Positions 9,160-17,042 of a DNA stretch of 40,681 nucleotides are shown here, piece after piece (position 1 is the stretch's first letter; each line of letters opens with the position of its first letter). The stretch is from a virus. Position numbers and translations under genes: made by a program. The DNA lies in the IMG/VR virus record IMGVR_UViG_3300019889_000005, positions 1-40,681 of that record; one strand, 5' to 3'. The notes below the pieces were generated by a model that was not told the origin of the DNA, did no database searches, and worked only from the letters and a program-made list of their open reading frames with translations.

Positions 9160-9615
9160 TTATGTTGTTGGGCCTTCCACAGCCTGGGTTAATACGCCGT
9201 TTATATCGATGGTGAAAGTAAAAGTGCTCTCCTCAGCAGCAGGATAGGCATTTTCCCATTCAGTTATATAGCCTAGGCCACTATATGTGACATCTCCTTC
9301 CACAGGTATACCCGAAGCTGGCCCGGACACTACTTCTACTTCCAGCCCCACAGCCAGCATAGCAAACAGGTCTTTAGCAGAATAGTTTGTGGTCGTGTCA
9401 GCATCGGTAAACAGCATGATCTGTCCTGCACCAGTAATTTGATAATCAGGATCGCCTAACGGTGCTTTGATCCTTCCGCATTTTGTCACAGTGTTTGATA
9501 TCTCCTGACTCGCGGTAATGGTATGCTCCGTTAAGCACTTGATAGGTATAACAGTTGATGGGCCTGTTCTTATGAACAACCATACATTTTTTCCAATGAC
9601 TGTACGCTGTGCCAT
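9160..9615 (-). CDS. Major tail (tube) protein
   Basis: 151 aa, located directly upstream of the chaperone pair and downstream of the neck genes. Its beta-rich pattern is typical of small siphovirus tube proteins. Confidence 0.6.
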   Translation of the reverse strand: MAQRTVIGKNVWLFIRTGPSTVIPIKCLTEHTITASQEISNTVTKCGRIKAPLGDPDYQITGAGQIMLFTDADTTTNYSAKDLFAMLAVGLEVEVVSGPASGIPVEGDVTYSGLGYITEWENAYPAAEESTFTFTIDINGVLTQAVEGPTT

Positions 9616-9626
9616 TTTTGTCGTTT

Positions 9627-10037
9627 TTAATTTTCTTTTATAATATGTTCGAATCTTATGAGCCTTCTATATATTCTGTATACATCACCTAATCCGTCCG
9701 ATGTACTATCGCTCAATTTTCTTGTGCTGCCCTGAATCAATGTTAATCCAGATGCCAATACAAGACCATCAGCCAGTATAATAGGTGTTATTGCTTCCGC
9801 AACATTATCACACACAACGCCTGAGCTATTATCATCAGTTCTATGCGTTATGTCCAACAGGATATTGTGGAGATGCCCGTTGGAGCATTTATTATTCTGC
9901 AGACTATCCTGTTGATCCGCGAGAATAATATACAATCCTGTTCCCAAAATGTCTGGTAAAAAGCGATCCCAGACTGAATAACCTAATCCAGTTAGTAATG
10001 TTATATAAGCCTGTCTTACATATTTTGTAACGTCCAT
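9627..10037 (-). CDS. Tail terminator / tail completion protein (putative)
   Basis: 136 aa, positioned between the HK97 gp10-like protein and the tube protein. Confidence 0.45.
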   Translation of the reverse strand: MDVTKYVRQAYITLLTGLGYSVWDRFLPDILGTGLYIILADQQDSLQNNKCSNGHLHNILLDITHRTDDNSSGVVCDNVAEAITPIILADGLVLASGLTLIQGSTRKLSDSTSDGLGDVYRIYRRLIRFEHIIKEN

Positions 10038-10618
10038 TACTTGATTGCTTTTATCCTCTTTATTATTCTCGTCACTATCTGCGGATTCACTTTCTTCAAA
10101 GCTGGTATCATAAAAGGATGTGGTAAACTGCCGTTTTTCAAGATCGACAGCATTATAGCATATGCTACTTGATAATCTTGTGTTGCCTGATTGGCTCTGC
10201 TTCCTGTCCTGCGCCTACTTTTAGTACTATATGTGCCAGAAATGCCTTTTCTTCGTACCCACAGCACCAATCTGTAAAAGAATTGCATCATATTGCCTCT
10301 GCCTGCTTTGCCTTTATACTTAGCTGCAAACGATTCATAGCCTGCGGGAGCCTTGAACTTCTTGCCTGTTCCAAACTCCCTATACACACTGTAAAATGCG
10401 GAAGAGAAAAATTCTTTCTGTAAAATTTTACTAGTATCCGCGCCAATAGAATTTCTTAAGAATCCTTCATCAACAGGAGCATTTCGTTTAGCTTCTCTTA
10501 CCATCTCCAGTGCTCCAGCATTCAGCTCATCATCGATTATTTGTTTGCTCTCCGGGCCAAGCTCCTTTATTCTTTTAAGGAAAGGCTTGTAGCCAGTTAT
10601 GGTCACTTTTAAGCTCAT
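10037..10618 (-). CDS. HK97 gp10-family neck / tail-component protein
   Basis: The N-terminal pattern is ...GYKPFLKRIKELG...LNAGALEMVREAKRNAPVDEGFLRNSI, which is characteristic of the HK97 gp10 family. Confidence 0.6.
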   Translation of the reverse strand: MSLKVTITGYKPFLKRIKELGPESKQIIDDELNAGALEMVREAKRNAPVDEGFLRNSIGADTSKILQKEFFSSAFYSVYREFGTGKKFKAPAGYESFAAKYKGKAGRGNMMQFFYRLVLWVRRKGISGTYSTKSRRRTGSRANQATQDYQVAYAIMLSILKNGSLPHPFMIPALKKVNPQIVTRIIKRIKAIK

Positions 10619-10959
10619 GTCGTGGATTCTTCGGCCACCGTTTGATCAATAGCTGTTATTTCCCAAAATTTATGATCCGCATCTATCTCCACTACGCTCT
10701 GTATCACATATTCTTTCCCTTGACAGACTATCTTCATTTTTTCATTAGGTAGAAAATCCTTCCTGTATCTGATGTGCCAAACAGTGGTATTTGAAATGCT
10801 TAACTGCGCATCAGTCAGACCCCTATTTGACCGCAAAGGTTTCTGTTTTGCCCAGGTATCCAAAACATCTACAGGCGTATCAATAGTTCCACCAAATGTA
10901 TCAGCTACACTAGTATACGATCTGAAAGTAATACGGTATTTATAGTCTCCTATACCCAC
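10615..10959 (-). CDS. Head-tail adaptor / head closure protein (SPP1 gp16-like head-tail joining family)
   Basis: The pattern YRITFRS...D.FGG....W......WA...PLRSNRG......VWHIRYR......KMKIV..GKEYVIQSV matches the head-tail joining family. Confidence 0.65.
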   Translation of the reverse strand: MGIGDYKYRITFRSYTSVADTFGGTIDTPVDVLDTWAKQKPLRSNRGLTDAQLSISNTTVWHIRYRKDFLPNEKMKIVCQGKEYVIQSVVEIDADHKFWEITAIDQTVAEESTT

Positions 10960-11492
10960 AGCACGCGGTTGTATTGTTTAGCATGTTTCCAAGCAATCTT
11001 TGAATAGCCAGCAGCATCCACATCTCCACGGTGCTCATAGTCTGCCAATACTCTGGCCATTATGGCAATCTTAAGAGGCTTTGGCAATGGCGCATAACCA
11101 GCTTGGTACGTTACTTTGTATAGACCACTGCCCAGCAAACGGGGAAATTGCGTGCCTTCAAACGTAAAACCGGTTGTTATAATCGTGCCGGTGGCATCTT
11201 TTACATTGGTAATAGATGCCACCGGCCCATAAGGCAATTCCTGTCTGTTCAGAACTGATATAATAGCCGTTACTGTCCTTGCTATGACAGATATGCCGCA
11301 AGCAACTTCTACCCATTCACGCGCTTCTTTTATGAGATCATCTTCAATGAGATCATCTTCATCCGGGTAATCAACCTTCATATAGGCATTTACCTCCGCT
11401 AAAGTAACAGGCTCCACCACTGGAAGAGCGTAGGTAAATACGACATCAATTACCTTATTACTTCCTTGCAAATTTTCTCTTGCGTGGTGCAT
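10950..11492 (-). CDS. Head-tail connector protein (gp6-like)
   Basis: The pattern VTLAEVNAYMKVDYPDEDDLIEDLIKEAREWVE is typical of gp6-like connectors. The position after the capsid gene also fits. Confidence 0.6.
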   Translation of the reverse strand: MHHARENLQGSNKVIDVVFTYALPVVEPVTLAEVNAYMKVDYPDEDDLIEDDLIKEAREWVEVACGISVIARTVTAIISVLNRQELPYGPVASITNVKDATGTIITTGFTFEGTQFPRLLGSGLYKVTYQAGYAPLPKPLKIAIMARVLADYEHRGDVDAAGYSKIAWKHAKQYNRVLWV

Positions 11493-11646
11493 TGGCTACG
11501 ATCTTTTTTTCCTTGGCAGGCCCAATTAATTTTTTCGCCATAAGCTCTTCCAATCTCTCATCTTCCACAAGGTCTATGACCTCCCCTTTGCTTCGAAATT
11601 GCTTCGTGTTTCTTTCTATGTAGGAAGATAATACTACTACGTGCAT
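11458..11646 (-). CDS. Small hypothetical protein
   Basis: 62-aa ORF between the capsid terminator and the connector gene, with a basic C-terminus. Confidence 0.35.
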   Translation of the reverse strand: MHVVVLSSYIERNTKQFRSKGEVIDLVEDERLEELMAKKLIGPAKEKKIVANAPRKRKFARK

Positions 11647-11654
11647 ACATTCAG

Positions 11655-11690
11655 TTTTTAAAAGTAAGGGGCAGGCACCAATCCTGCCCC
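11655..11690 (-). terminator. Intrinsic terminator downstream of the major capsid gene
   Basis: Stem GGGGCAGG (11668..11675) pairs with CCTGCCCC (11683..11690) across a 7-nt loop. On the minus strand it is followed by TTACTTTTAAAAA. Confidence 0.6.
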
Positions 11691-11718
11691 TCTGGGTTAT
11701 GACGCAGGAAAATGAAAG

Positions 11719-12924
11719 TCAGGTCAATAAACCGAAATCGCCTTTTATGAAGGCATCCGGATAGTATACTACAAATGCTGCTCTCTCTTCCACTACAATA
11801 GTAACCATATTCAATATAGCATTATCCCTATCCTGTTCGAAGAAACGAACAGCTATGCCGGTACGAAGCTTCAATTCGGCTCTGGTGAAATCTCCGATGA
11901 GATATTCATCTTCCAGGATCAACGGGTGCGGAACGATCTGCATGCCCGCAATAGTTAGTGGAGCACCAGCAATCAGTGTAGGGTGGCTGTAAATTCCATC
12001 AGTCGACTTCCTGGTGGCCATGAACATCCAGTTAATTGGATTCACCATTCCCCTGGTAGGAGGCATCCATATGTTCTGTTGCTGGGCAATGGCATCTGCC
12101 AATAAATCCCACGCTTCGGTCGTTAGTACGCCTGCGCTGGGTACGTGAACAGTTGCCTGTGTGATTATACCATCGAAGTTACCTGGAGCGCCAGAACCAC
12201 GCAATACCTGTTGATCTTCTACTTTGAGCACTTCTTCCGGGGCATAGTTCTGCAGATAAGACGTAATACCATCTATATCGTCCAACATCTCCTCTGGCGC
12301 GCGCATATGCGCTGCTATCTTGATAACAGGAGCAATCAACCCGTCAAATTGATACTGTATTTCCGGTTTCAATCCATTCGGTAACACAGAAGTAGGCACT
12401 CCACTTTTCAGAGAAGCTTTGATATAATGATAGGCATTTGATGAAGTGCGACCTATCCGTATCATTGTACGGATGTGAGGCGTTTGAAAAGGCTGGCCGT
12501 AGATGGTACGGTCGAAATCCTGAGCTATTACTTGCCCGGTAGTGTTGTTGGTAAAGGACATATCCTTTTGGCTATTGTAATCCTTATCTTCGAATTCAAT
12601 TGTAGCCCTGGTGCCTTTACCAGCAACGATTTTGTCGTGGTTATCTTTTACAAGATTTTCAATAGCAGATTCGAAGCTTTTGGTTTTCTCTTCGATCTTT
12701 TTCTGCTTGGCCTGCTTTTGGAACTCCTCTGCGAAAGTATTCAAAGCCAGCATATCTGTACCATGCTTGGTCATGATCTCCTTTATTTCCAAAAGCTCAG
12801 CTTTAGTAGCGCCACTATTGACAGCCGTTTCAATGCGGGTATTTATTTCCTGGACACTTGTTTGGCTCTTTTTCTCCATCCGGTCAAGTGCCTCAGATAT
12901 CTGCTGAAGGTTTAAATCTGCCAT
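11719..12924 (-). CDS. Major capsid protein, HK97 fold, with an N-terminal coiled-coil delta/scaffold domain
   Basis: 401 aa. The N-terminal roughly 100 aa are Glu/Lys-rich and helical, and the protease gene lies immediately upstream. Length and pattern are typical of HK97-family capsid proteins. Confidence 0.85.
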   Translation of the reverse strand: MADLNLQQISEALDRMEKKSQTSVQEINTRIETAVNSGATKAELLEIKEIMTKHGTDMLALNTFAEEFQKQAKQKKIEEKTKSFESAIENLVKDNHDKIVAGKGTRATIEFEDKDYNSQKDMSFTNNTTGQVIAQDFDRTIYGQPFQTPHIRTMIRIGRTSSNAYHYIKASLKSGVPTSVLPNGLKPEIQYQFDGLIAPVIKIAAHMRAPEEMLDDIDGITSYLQNYAPEEVLKVEDQQVLRGSGAPGNFDGIITQATVHVPSAGVLTTEAWDLLADAIAQQQNIWMPPTRGMVNPINWMFMATRKSTDGIYSHPTLIAGAPLTIAGMQIVPHPLILEDEYLIGDFTRAELKLRTGIAVRFFEQDRDNAILNMVTIVVEERAAFVVYYPDAFIKGDFGLLT

Positions 12925-12930
12925 AATTAT

Positions 12931-13653
12931 TTAAATGTAGTGATTAGACAATCTTTGTATTTTCTCCATGATCCCACAATCATCCATGCCTACTATTATC
13001 GGCTCCGGTGCTTCTTCCTCAGCGGCCAAAGTGATATCAAATAGATGTTGAGATAACTGTTTTATTTCCAGCATCAGTAGCTCAATTGTTTCGTCTGATG
13101 CAGTAGTAGACTTTATGAACTTCTCCAGGGCTTTTATGCGAATGCTCATACGCTCCAGCGCGTACGCATTATTTGCACCTTTCAGTATTGGCACAAGCGG
13201 AGTGTATTGATTAGCTCCCCACGCAGTTAAGCTGGAGCCTTCCATCATTTTCACTTCCAGCAGCTCATTGCCTTCCTGGATCATCTTCTCCTGAACGGGC
13301 CTGTAGCCATAAGAATGTTCAGTTATCAAACCGCTGTCTGCCATATCTAAGTAATCATCGCCCAGCTTATGTGTACCGATCATGGAGATATAGAACAAAC
13401 CGAAATCATCCTCATTCAATTCTGCTAATTTGCCCAGCGGTTTAGTGGTATCGTGATTGAGAAGATGTTTTATACGGGGCTGCACTGCTCCCGGCCCCTG
13501 CTCAGCTATAGTCTTAGCGAACATACCCTTCCGGCCTATATCGCCATCGTGATCCTTCACATTGAAAGACGTGAAATAACCGGCCGTAGTCCGTTTTTTG
13601 CGGTCTACTTCCTTTAATTCCAGTGATGAGCATTTATATTTATAGATGGGCAT
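12931..13653 (-). CDS. Prohead protease, HK97 (S78) family
   Basis: Motifs read FTSFNVKDHDGDIGRKGMF...LLNHDTTKPLGKL...GLF...ITEHSYGY...LLEVKMMEGSSLT.WGAN. I prefer the ATG at 13653 (MPIYKYK) over the track start at 13716, because a TAGATTTG -7 box sits at 13676..13669. Confidence 0.8.
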   Translation of the reverse strand: MPIYKYKCSSLELKEVDRKKRTTAGYFTSFNVKDHDGDIGRKGMFAKTIAEQGPGAVQPRIKHLLNHDTTKPLGKLAELNEDDFGLFYISMIGTHKLGDDYLDMADSGLITEHSYGYRPVQEKMIQEGNELLEVKMMEGSSLTAWGANQYTPLVPILKGANNAYALERMSIRIKALEKFIKSTTASDETIELLMLEIKQLSQHLFDITLAAEEEAPEPIIVGMDDCGIMEKIQRLSNHYI

Positions 13654-13668
13654 AGCTGTGAAGTTGTA

Positions 13669-13700
13669 CAAATCTACTGATAAAAAATTAACATGCAACA
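13669..13700 (-). promoter_or_regulatory. Candidate Bacteroidota-type promoter for the head-tail operon
   Basis: The minus strand reads gTTGc-N19-TAGATTTG. This is a perfect TAnnTTTG -7 element, 16 nt upstream of the ATG at 13653. Confidence 0.4.
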
Positions 13701-13741
13701 GACGCATATGAGTCAAACAGGGTTAATTTGCTATTTAATAT

Positions 13742-13769
13742 ATACGTGTATATATTAAATGCTTATATT
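13742..13769. promoter_or_regulatory. 28-bp perfect palindrome (13-bp arms, 2-bp spacer) in the divergent intergenic region; candidate operator
   Basis: ATTTAATATATAC-GT-GTATATATTAAAT, read directly. Confidence 0.6.
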
Positions 13770-13783
13770 GCAGAAAACGCATT

Positions 13784-14032
13784 ATGCATATATTAAAATA
13801 CGAAGAAGCAGGCCGAATACTACAGGACTTAAGAGCTATTGATAGCTCTATAATCACATTCGATAAATTGTCAAAACTTAAAGACCCGTTGCAAAATGTA
13901 CATGACGGATTTTTCTTAATAGATAAGCTAGTTAATCTTGGATTATTAGATATGCATGCCCTTATTCAAACGGCTCTCAGTAAATTACTTTTAGCCCAGC
14001 AAGAGCTTTCGACCAAATTCGATAACTTATAA
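13784..14032 (+). CDS. Hypothetical protein (plus-strand island)
   Basis: 82-aa ORF with an ATG start. It is the first gene after the divergent region. Confidence 0.5.
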   Translation: MHILKYEEAGRILQDLRAIDSSIITFDKLSKLKDPLQNVHDGFFLIDKLVNLGLLDMHALIQTALSKLLLAQQELSTKFDNL

Positions 14033-14043
14033 ACCTCTGAATT

Positions 14044-14316
14044 ATGCAATCGGTAGATTTTGAAGGCTCCAACCGCACACTTGGCAAACCTGAAGGCATG
14101 ACAGAAGAACAATGCCGAGCACTGCCTATAAGAGATATTGAACAGATTATTATTAATCCTGAAACGAATGAGTCTACCAAAATACCATTCGTGGTTTCTT
14201 GCTGGTGCCTCACGTTAGTAGAGATTGAAGAATTAGTAAGAACAGGCGTGTTGTGGGTCGGGATAAATGGCTACACGCAGCCGCCTATATTTATCACCAC
14301 CGTTAAACCCTTCTAA
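14044..14316 (+). CDS. Hypothetical protein (plus-strand island)
   Basis: 90-aa ORF, 11 nt after the previous stop. Confidence 0.5.
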   Translation: MQSVDFEGSNRTLGKPEGMTEEQCRALPIRDIEQIIINPETNESTKIPFVVSCWCLTLVEIEELVRTGVLWVGINGYTQPPIFITTVKPF

Positions 14317-14317
14317 G

Positions 14318-14620
14318 ATGATAACCGGCATAGATATAAGTGCCTTAGATATACCCGCCGCAACACTCAGCAGTATAGCCAAATGTCTTGAAAATAAGTC
14401 TCTGTTTGGTCTTACTAATGGCAAAGCTTATACGTTATTCAAGACAGATAAGCTAGAAGTTGTGTGGATTGATCGAAATGGCAGGTACACACACGTCAAA
14501 TGCCCAACCGCCGATCAATTTGTCGATCTGATGAAGATATCACTTCTCAGCCGGAGAACATATTTAAGTGCTAAACGTGTTAATGAATTATTTCTACACG
14601 CCAAACTGTTACAAAAATGA
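14318..14620 (+). CDS. Hypothetical protein (plus-strand island)
   Basis: The ATG at 14318 lies 1 nt after the previous TAA. The track version 14267..14620 starts earlier in the same frame. Confidence 0.45.
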   Translation: MITGIDISALDIPAATLSSIAKCLENKSLFGLTNGKAYTLFKTDKLEVVWIDRNGRYTHVKCPTADQFVDLMKISLLSRRTYLSAKRVNELFLHAKLLQK

Positions 14621-14661
14621 GATTAATAACTGAAGATTATTCATATGCTTAAACATAAAAT

Positions 14662-15027
14662 ATGCTAATAGAGAATATACTTATCGAGCAAGAATGGCCG
14701 CACCTAGAAATAAAAAACTATTACGCAGTAGAGCTGAATTTTAAGAATGATTTAACACATAATATAGGTACAGTAAGAGTATTTAAAAATGGATTCGGCA
14801 TTTGTGGCAATTTTGATCTAAACGATGGTTACGAAGAAGCTTTTCTATTGCTGTTTCCTTCCATAGGCTATAGAATTATAGCCGGAGACTATGATGATTC
14901 AGGTAAATGCATAAATATCAGACAGGGCGAAATAATCAGCATCGGCCTATGTAGCGAACCTAACCTTGATCCTACAATTAAATGCTTAGGCGATCAAATA
15001 CTAGACAATGAAAAAAACGAAAGCTAA
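14662..15027 (+). CDS. Hypothetical protein (plus-strand island)
   Basis: 121-aa ORF. Confidence 0.5.
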   Translation: MLIENILIEQEWPHLEIKNYYAVELNFKNDLTHNIGTVRVFKNGFGICGNFDLNDGYEEAFLLLFPSIGYRIIAGDYDDSGKCINIRQGEIISIGLCSEPNLDPTIKCLGDQILDNEKNES

Positions 15028-15187
15028 ACGGGGCAGACCTAAAACCAAATTTAGAGTGCCATTAGTGTTCCAAATAGATACCTCTGTTGCTGAGGTACTT
15101 CCTTACATAAACCGCAGCGATCTGGTAAACGAGCTGTTAGGTAGCAATTCCATGATTAAGAAAATGATTGATCAAAATAAAAAATAA
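15008..15187 (+). CDS. Small basic protein, possibly ribbon-helix-helix DNA binding
   Basis: 59-aa ORF below the track cutoff: MKKTKAKRGRPKTKFRVPLVFQIDTSVAEVLPYINRSDLVNELL... This gives a basic arm, a beta strand and two helices. Confidence 0.3.
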   Translation: MKKTKAKRGRPKTKFRVPLVFQIDTSVAEVLPYINRSDLVNELLGSNSMIKKMIDQNKK

Positions 15188-15354
15188 TGGTAGGGGCAGT
15201 TTATATAAGATATCTATTTTCCGATGGCACTACAATTGGTGCTGCGGCATGGGATACAACCAATTTTTGGATACAATGTGTTATGCTGCATAATAGCGGC
15301 CCGATTGTTTGTAAACTCCACATAAAACTTAAACCGTGCAAAAATACTATCTGA
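15187..15354 (+). CDS. Small hypothetical protein
   Basis: 55-aa ORF whose ATG overlaps the previous TAA (TAATG). Confidence 0.25.
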   Translation: MVGAVYIRYLFSDGTTIGAAAWDTTNFWIQCVMLHNSGPIVCKLHIKLKPCKNTI

Positions 15355-15620
15355 TCACGATGGGCCGTGAAGGCAAAGCTTATACCTTTCCGCACGCTGC
15401 TGCTGATACAAAGAGTCCTACCAAGATATTCATTGACTTAATGAGCACGGAACCTGAACCTTGGACATGGTCACTACTGCTTGCTTTAGAAATAAGTTTT
15501 GACGATTACAGGGACTATTGTAATTTTTTAAAAGAGTATGAAAAAATACAGGATCATAAAGAGTTATCGAATTTGCAATGCTTACTGGATATACCATCTC
15601 CAACAGCAAATAAAAACTAA
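15336..15620 (+). CDS. Hypothetical protein (plus-strand island)
   Basis: 94-aa ORF from a GTG. There is an alternative ATG at 15360 (MGREGKAY...). Confidence 0.4.
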   Translation: MQKYYLITMGREGKAYTFPHAAADTKSPTKIFIDLMSTEPEPWTWSLLLALEISFDDYRDYCNFLKEYEKIQDHKELSNLQCLLDIPSPTANKN

Positions 15621-15840
15621 AAAGAAGAATTTGTTTGGTAGGTGTATTCCTGATGTTTGGGAGTATTGCGGCACAGGATTTTCATGCGCTTCAACCGCTG
15701 ATGTGGACATAGTAAGAAGCTGGATGATAAATTTAGACGCGCACCTATATATTGAAAACCCATTAACAAAGGAATTATCATTGCCCGGGCCGTTTGAACT
15801 AAATGCCAATGATCCTAGTCAATCCGGCCGATGCTCTTGA
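15538..15840 (+). CDS. Hypothetical protein, the last ORF of the island (uncertain)
   Basis: 100-aa ORF that overlaps the previous ORF and the convergent 3' end of the Mu-F-like gene. Confidence 0.25.
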   Translation: MKKYRIIKSYRICNAYWIYHLQQQIKTKKKNLFGRCIPDVWEYCGTGFSCASTADVDIVRSWMINLDAHLYIENPLTKELSLPGPFELNANDPSQSGRCS

Positions 15841-16674
15841 TGGCACAACACTGGTAAACTCATTCCTTATAAGTCTACCATTACTATCCCTGACAGCCTC
15901 ATGCGCATGAGTGCAACGGCATTGTATGATATTGCCCTTAGCGCCTTTTGGATCGCCAGGATAATCTATGAGATCGCCATTTACATTGAAGGGGTGTGTA
16001 ATTGGCTCTGTCACGCCATCCATCTTATAATGATCGAATTTGCTCACAGGCAGTCTGCGCGTCCTGAAATCCAGAGAGCTTATCCACACCTTCCTTAATA
16101 ACAATCCTGTCTGCAATGCGGCTCCCTGCGCTGCTGCATTCAATATACCTGTAATCTCTGTGCGAGCGATCGCTCTGGCACGATAAGGATTGATCGAATT
16201 GTCCAATATTAGTTGTATCATATCATCAATGCTGAGCTGCTGCTCAAGACCTGCGGCTATCTGTCTGCGAATCAATTCCTTCGTCGTGTCAGTAATATCT
16301 ACTACTTTATTGGCAGTGTAGGTTCTGATATAGTCATTAACCAGAGATAGCCAGAAATCGTTTGTGGTGCCAAAGAACTTGCGGCGCGTCAGCTCCTTAC
16401 CATATTCGTCCTCTAACTGGTTGGTGACCGTATTGGCATATACTGGAAATATGGTGGTATATAGCTTTATCAATACGGCCCGGATAGGATCGCCTTGTAT
16501 TAGGCTTTCTAAGCGCATCACGGCATCTTCCAAGCCATACAGCCTTATGTGCGCCACAAAGGGAGAAAGCTGCTGTTTTAAGGCCGCCTGAATGCGCTCT
16601 GTCCACGCGTTCTCTAACGTGATATGATATACATGAAATTGCCGCCAATAGGCTGTTCGTTTACGCGCGTTCAT
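15799..16674 (-). CDS. Head morphogenesis protein, Phage Mu F / SPP1 gp7 family
   Basis: Motifs read RARAIARTEITGILNAAAQ...KVWISSLDFRTRR...HYKMDG...PGDPKGAKGNIIQCRC. Confidence 0.85.
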   Translation of the reverse strand: MNARKRTAYWRQFHVYHITLENAWTERIQAALKQQLSPFVAHIRLYGLEDAVMRLESLIQGDPIRAVLIKLYTTIFPVYANTVTNQLEDEYGKELTRRKFFGTTNDFWLSLVNDYIRTYTANKVVDITDTTKELIRRQIAAGLEQQLSIDDMIQLILDNSINPYRARAIARTEITGILNAAAQGAALQTGLLLRKVWISSLDFRTRRLPVSKFDHYKMDGVTEPITHPFNVNGDLIDYPGDPKGAKGNIIQCRCTHAHEAVRDSNGRLIRNEFTSVVPSRASAGLTRIIGI

Positions 16675-16676
16675 AT

Positions 16677-17042
16677 TTAATGGTTCATTGCTTCTCTATC
16701 TGCTGGTGGTTCAGGTCGAACGGGCATCGGCGGCGTAAGACATTCTACCTGTATCGGCGGTATTGTCGAAAGAGCACGCTCTACCTGTATCGGCAACAAT
16801 ACGATTTCGGATTTTTGAGTACTGCCAATTACTTCGTCAGGTGAGACTATTGTACCGCCTGACGAAAATCTATGGGGTTCGGTAGCCGATACGATTCCAA
16901 TACTTATCATATGCCCACACCATATAAGTAATTCACGTTTACATTGCCGTTGCTTCTTTTGTGCCTCCGCTCTTTTACGCGGACACGGATTATTGGTAGG
17001 CATATATTTTTCAAGTATTGCCTGTAGCTTATCTGTACTCAT
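16677..17042 (-). CDS. Hypothetical protein
   Basis: 121-aa ORF with an internal LPIQVE / PPIQVE repeat. Confidence 0.4.
   Translation of the reverse strand: MSTDKLQAILEKYMPTNNPCPRKRAEAQKKQRQCKRELLIWCGHMISIGIVSATEPHRFSSGGTIVSPDEVIGSTQKSEIVLLPIQVERALSTIPPIQVECLTPPMPVRPEPPADREAMNH

Noticed and set aside
13654-13716. The N-terminal extension of the protease ORF (MTHMRLLHVNFLSVDLYNFTA)
   Set aside because: The extension would cover the TAGATTTG -7 box and has no counterpart in HK97-type proteases. The ATG at 13653 is preferred.
16744-16797. The 15-nt direct repeat TCTACCTGTATCGGC (16744 and 16783)
   Set aside because: It lies inside CDS 16677..17042 and simply encodes the duplicated peptide (L/P)PIQVE. 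There is no sign of an independent element.
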